From IMG/VR virus record IMGVR_UViG_2695420600_000001: a stretch of DNA of 9,127 bases; one strand, written 5' to 3'. Position numbers and translations under genes: made by a program. Below, piece after piece: positions 7,334 to 9,127 of the stretch (positions are counted from its first letter, which is position 1; each line of letters begins with the position of its first letter). Source of the DNA: a virus (lineage: Duplodnaviria > Heunggongvirae > Uroviricota > Caudoviricetes). Under the pieces are notes generated by a model, which worked only from the letters and a program-made list of their open reading frames with translations, ran no database searches and was not told where the DNA came from.

Positions 7334-8554
7334 ATGAAATACTTTTTTGAGACCAGGCTCGGGGAAACCCGATACCGCCTGGCTGACGGCTCGTTGCTGT
7401 GCAAAGACGTGCCGATAGGACGAACAGGTAAGCAGCTCTATGGTGCTGATGACCTGCCAAAACTGAAACCCGATAAGTTCGGTGAAATAGTCGTCACGCG
7501 TTCTCCTGAGCAGGTATTCCATCCGGCCACGCTTGCCTCATTCGAAGGGATGAGCATCACGATCCTGCATCCTGAAGATGAAAACGGGAATGTGCGGCTG
7601 GTAAATCCCGAGAACTGGAAAGAGCTTGCTGTCGGGCACCTCCAGAATGTCCGGCGCGGGACGGGTGAGCAGTCTGATTTGATGCTGGCTGACCTTATCG
7701 TCAAAGACGAAAGCGCCATTCAGCTTATCGAAGATGGCCTGCGCGAAGTGTCGTGCGGCTATGACGCGGAGTACGAGCAGACCGAGCCAGGTAAAGCCGA
7801 GCAGGTCGATATTACCGGAAACCATGTGGCTCTTGTCCCTAAAGGCAGAGCCGGAAATCGTTGTGCAATTGGAGACAGAGACACAATGGCAAATCAAAAG
7901 AAAAACTGGTGGAACCGCATGCGTGCGGCCATCAAGACAGGAGATGCCGACACCATGAACGAACTGGTGGAGTCGGCTCCCGCATCGGTTACAGGAGATG
8001 AGGGGGATTTGCCGCAGGGCGTTAATCTCAACATCAACCTGTCCCCGCAGCAACCACTACCGGACAAAGCACCAGAGATGGGCGGAGATCCAACCGGCGA
8101 CAGTGATGATGACCTCAAAACATTACTGAAAGCCCTGCTGGCTAAGCTGGAAAGAAATGCCACGGGCGATAACGATAATAAGCCTGACGATAATCCGACC
8201 GGTGACGGCGAGGACGATGAAGAGGAAACCACGATTACTGGTGACTCAGCCTGGCGTGCCGAAGTTATCGTTCCGGGTATCGATCTGAGCCGTAAGATGA
8301 AACCGACCGCGTTCAAACGCGAGGTTCTGGCTTCTGCTGACAAAACGCTGGTTCGCCAGATAGTCGGTGATGCGGATATCCGCAAATTACCGAAACAATC
8401 GGTCGACATGGCGTTTAATGCCGTGTCTGAGGTTGCCAAAGGGCGAAACACCCGCGCCACCACCGGCGATGCACAGCGCCTAAACATGGGCATGACCAGT
8501 ATCGCTTCCCTGAACAAACAAAACGCTGAATTCTGGGCAAACCGTAAAGGGTAA
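7334..8554 (+). CDS. Putative head scaffolding/prohead protein with an acidic low-complexity C-terminal half
   Basis: 406-aa ORF tightly packed after the head morphogenesis gene (3-nt gap). The central and C-terminal region is rich in Asp/Glu/Gly/Thr (GDSDDDLKTLLKALLAKLERNATGDNDNKPDDNPTGDGEDDEEE). Function inferred from position and composition only. Confidence 0.55.
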   Translation: MKYFFETRLGETRYRLADGSLLCKDVPIGRTGKQLYGADDLPKLKPDKFGEIVVTRSPEQVFHPATLASFEGMSITILHPEDENGNVRLVNPENWKELAVGHLQNVRRGTGEQSDLMLADLIVKDESAIQLIEDGLREVSCGYDAEYEQTEPGKAEQVDITGNHVALVPKGRAGNRCAIGDRDTMANQKKNWWNRMRAAIKTGDADTMNELVESAPASVTGDEGDLPQGVNLNINLSPQQPLPDKAPEMGGDPTGDSDDDLKTLLKALLAKLERNATGDNDNKPDDNPTGDGEDDEEETTITGDSAWRAEVIVPGIDLSRKMKPTAFKREVLASADKTLVRQIVGDADIRKLPKQSVDMAFNAVSEVAKGRNTRATTGDAQRLNMGMTSIASLNKQNAEFWANRKG

Positions 8555-8557
8555 AAA

Positions 8558-9064
8558 ATGAATAATGTATTTCTGTACCGGATGCCTGTTGGCATTGCCG
8601 GGGCTGTCTCTCGCCCGCAGGACTTAACCGTCGAACCGGTGGTCCTTAAATCCGATAACGCCTTCGCTGCCTATGGCCTGGCTGGTAAATACGATGATGA
8701 CGGTTTTTTCGTGCCGCTGGCAGATGGTGATACCGCAGACAAGGTGAAGGGGATCTACGTGCGCCCTTATCCGACCACGTCGCAGCCGGACATGGTTCGC
8801 CAGGTGGGAACAGGCAAGAACTTCCCGGGCGACGCCATGAAGCGTGGCTACGTGACCGTTAATCTCGGTTCTGATTTTGATGCCAGCACTATCAAAAAAG
8901 GCGATCCGGTATACGTTGTCGTCTCCACTGATGAATCCATCAAAGTGCCGCTGGGTGGATTCATGTCCACGTCAGTCAGTGGCAAAAACGTGGTGCTGAC
9001 CAACGCTGAATTCACAGGTGCCGGTGATGCTGACGGCAATGCAGAAATTTCCTGGAAGATTTAA
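8558..9064 (+). CDS. Phage structural protein, possibly a head decoration or cement-type protein
   Basis: 168-aa ORF starting 3 nt after the previous stop, with no hydrophobic segments. It is too small for a major capsid protein; function inferred from position only. Confidence 0.45.
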   Translation: MNNVFLYRMPVGIAGAVSRPQDLTVEPVVLKSDNAFAAYGLAGKYDDDGFFVPLADGDTADKVKGIYVRPYPTTSQPDMVRQVGTGKNFPGDAMKRGYVTVNLGSDFDASTIKKGDPVYVVVSTDESIKVPLGGFMSTSVSGKNVVLTNAEFTGAGDADGNAEISWKI

Positions 9065-9127
9065 GGAACAGACGAATGAGGTGATGCTGCCAACTTACTG
9101 ATTTAGTGTATGATGGTGTTTTTGAGG

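Noticed and set aside
3453-8595. Numerous minus-strand ORFs (for example 3523-3903, 4172-4534, 4676-5071, 5506-5955, 6249-6692, 6788-7189, 7538-8053, 7894-8595) lying antisense to the packaging and head genes
   Set aside because: They sit entirely within long, tightly packed, well-supported + strand genes, lack ribosome-binding sites, and several are low-complexity mirror images of acidic + strand regions. They look like shadow ORFs.
9110-9127. Possible start of the next gene (ATGATGGTG...) at the window edge
   Set aside because: Only 18 nt available and no clear ribosome-binding site; cannot be assessed.

Overview
This window is an internal stretch of the late region of a lambdoid prophage, read left to right on the + strand. 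It opens with the 3' part of a tRNA-Gly(UCC) (1-44), followed by about 600 bp with no convincing gene and a strong intrinsic terminator (659-692). Then comes a phage-21-type lysis cassette: a pinholin gene present twice as a 232-bp direct repeat (725-940 and 1137-1352), a SAR endolysin (1352-1849), and Rz with embedded Rz1. An AT-rich minus-strand gene for a DedA/YqaA-like membrane protein (2405-2917) sits between lysis and packaging. The packaging and head module follows: terS, terL, portal, Mu-F-like head morphogenesis protein, an acidic scaffold-like protein and a small structural protein. The most unusual observations are two in-frame TAG codons inside an otherwise intact portal gene, the partial holin duplication, and a cluster of GGTACGCA octamers inside terS that may be a pac site. 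No integrase, att site, CRISPR array or recognisable defence system was seen. All homology calls are from memory of protein families, not from a database search.
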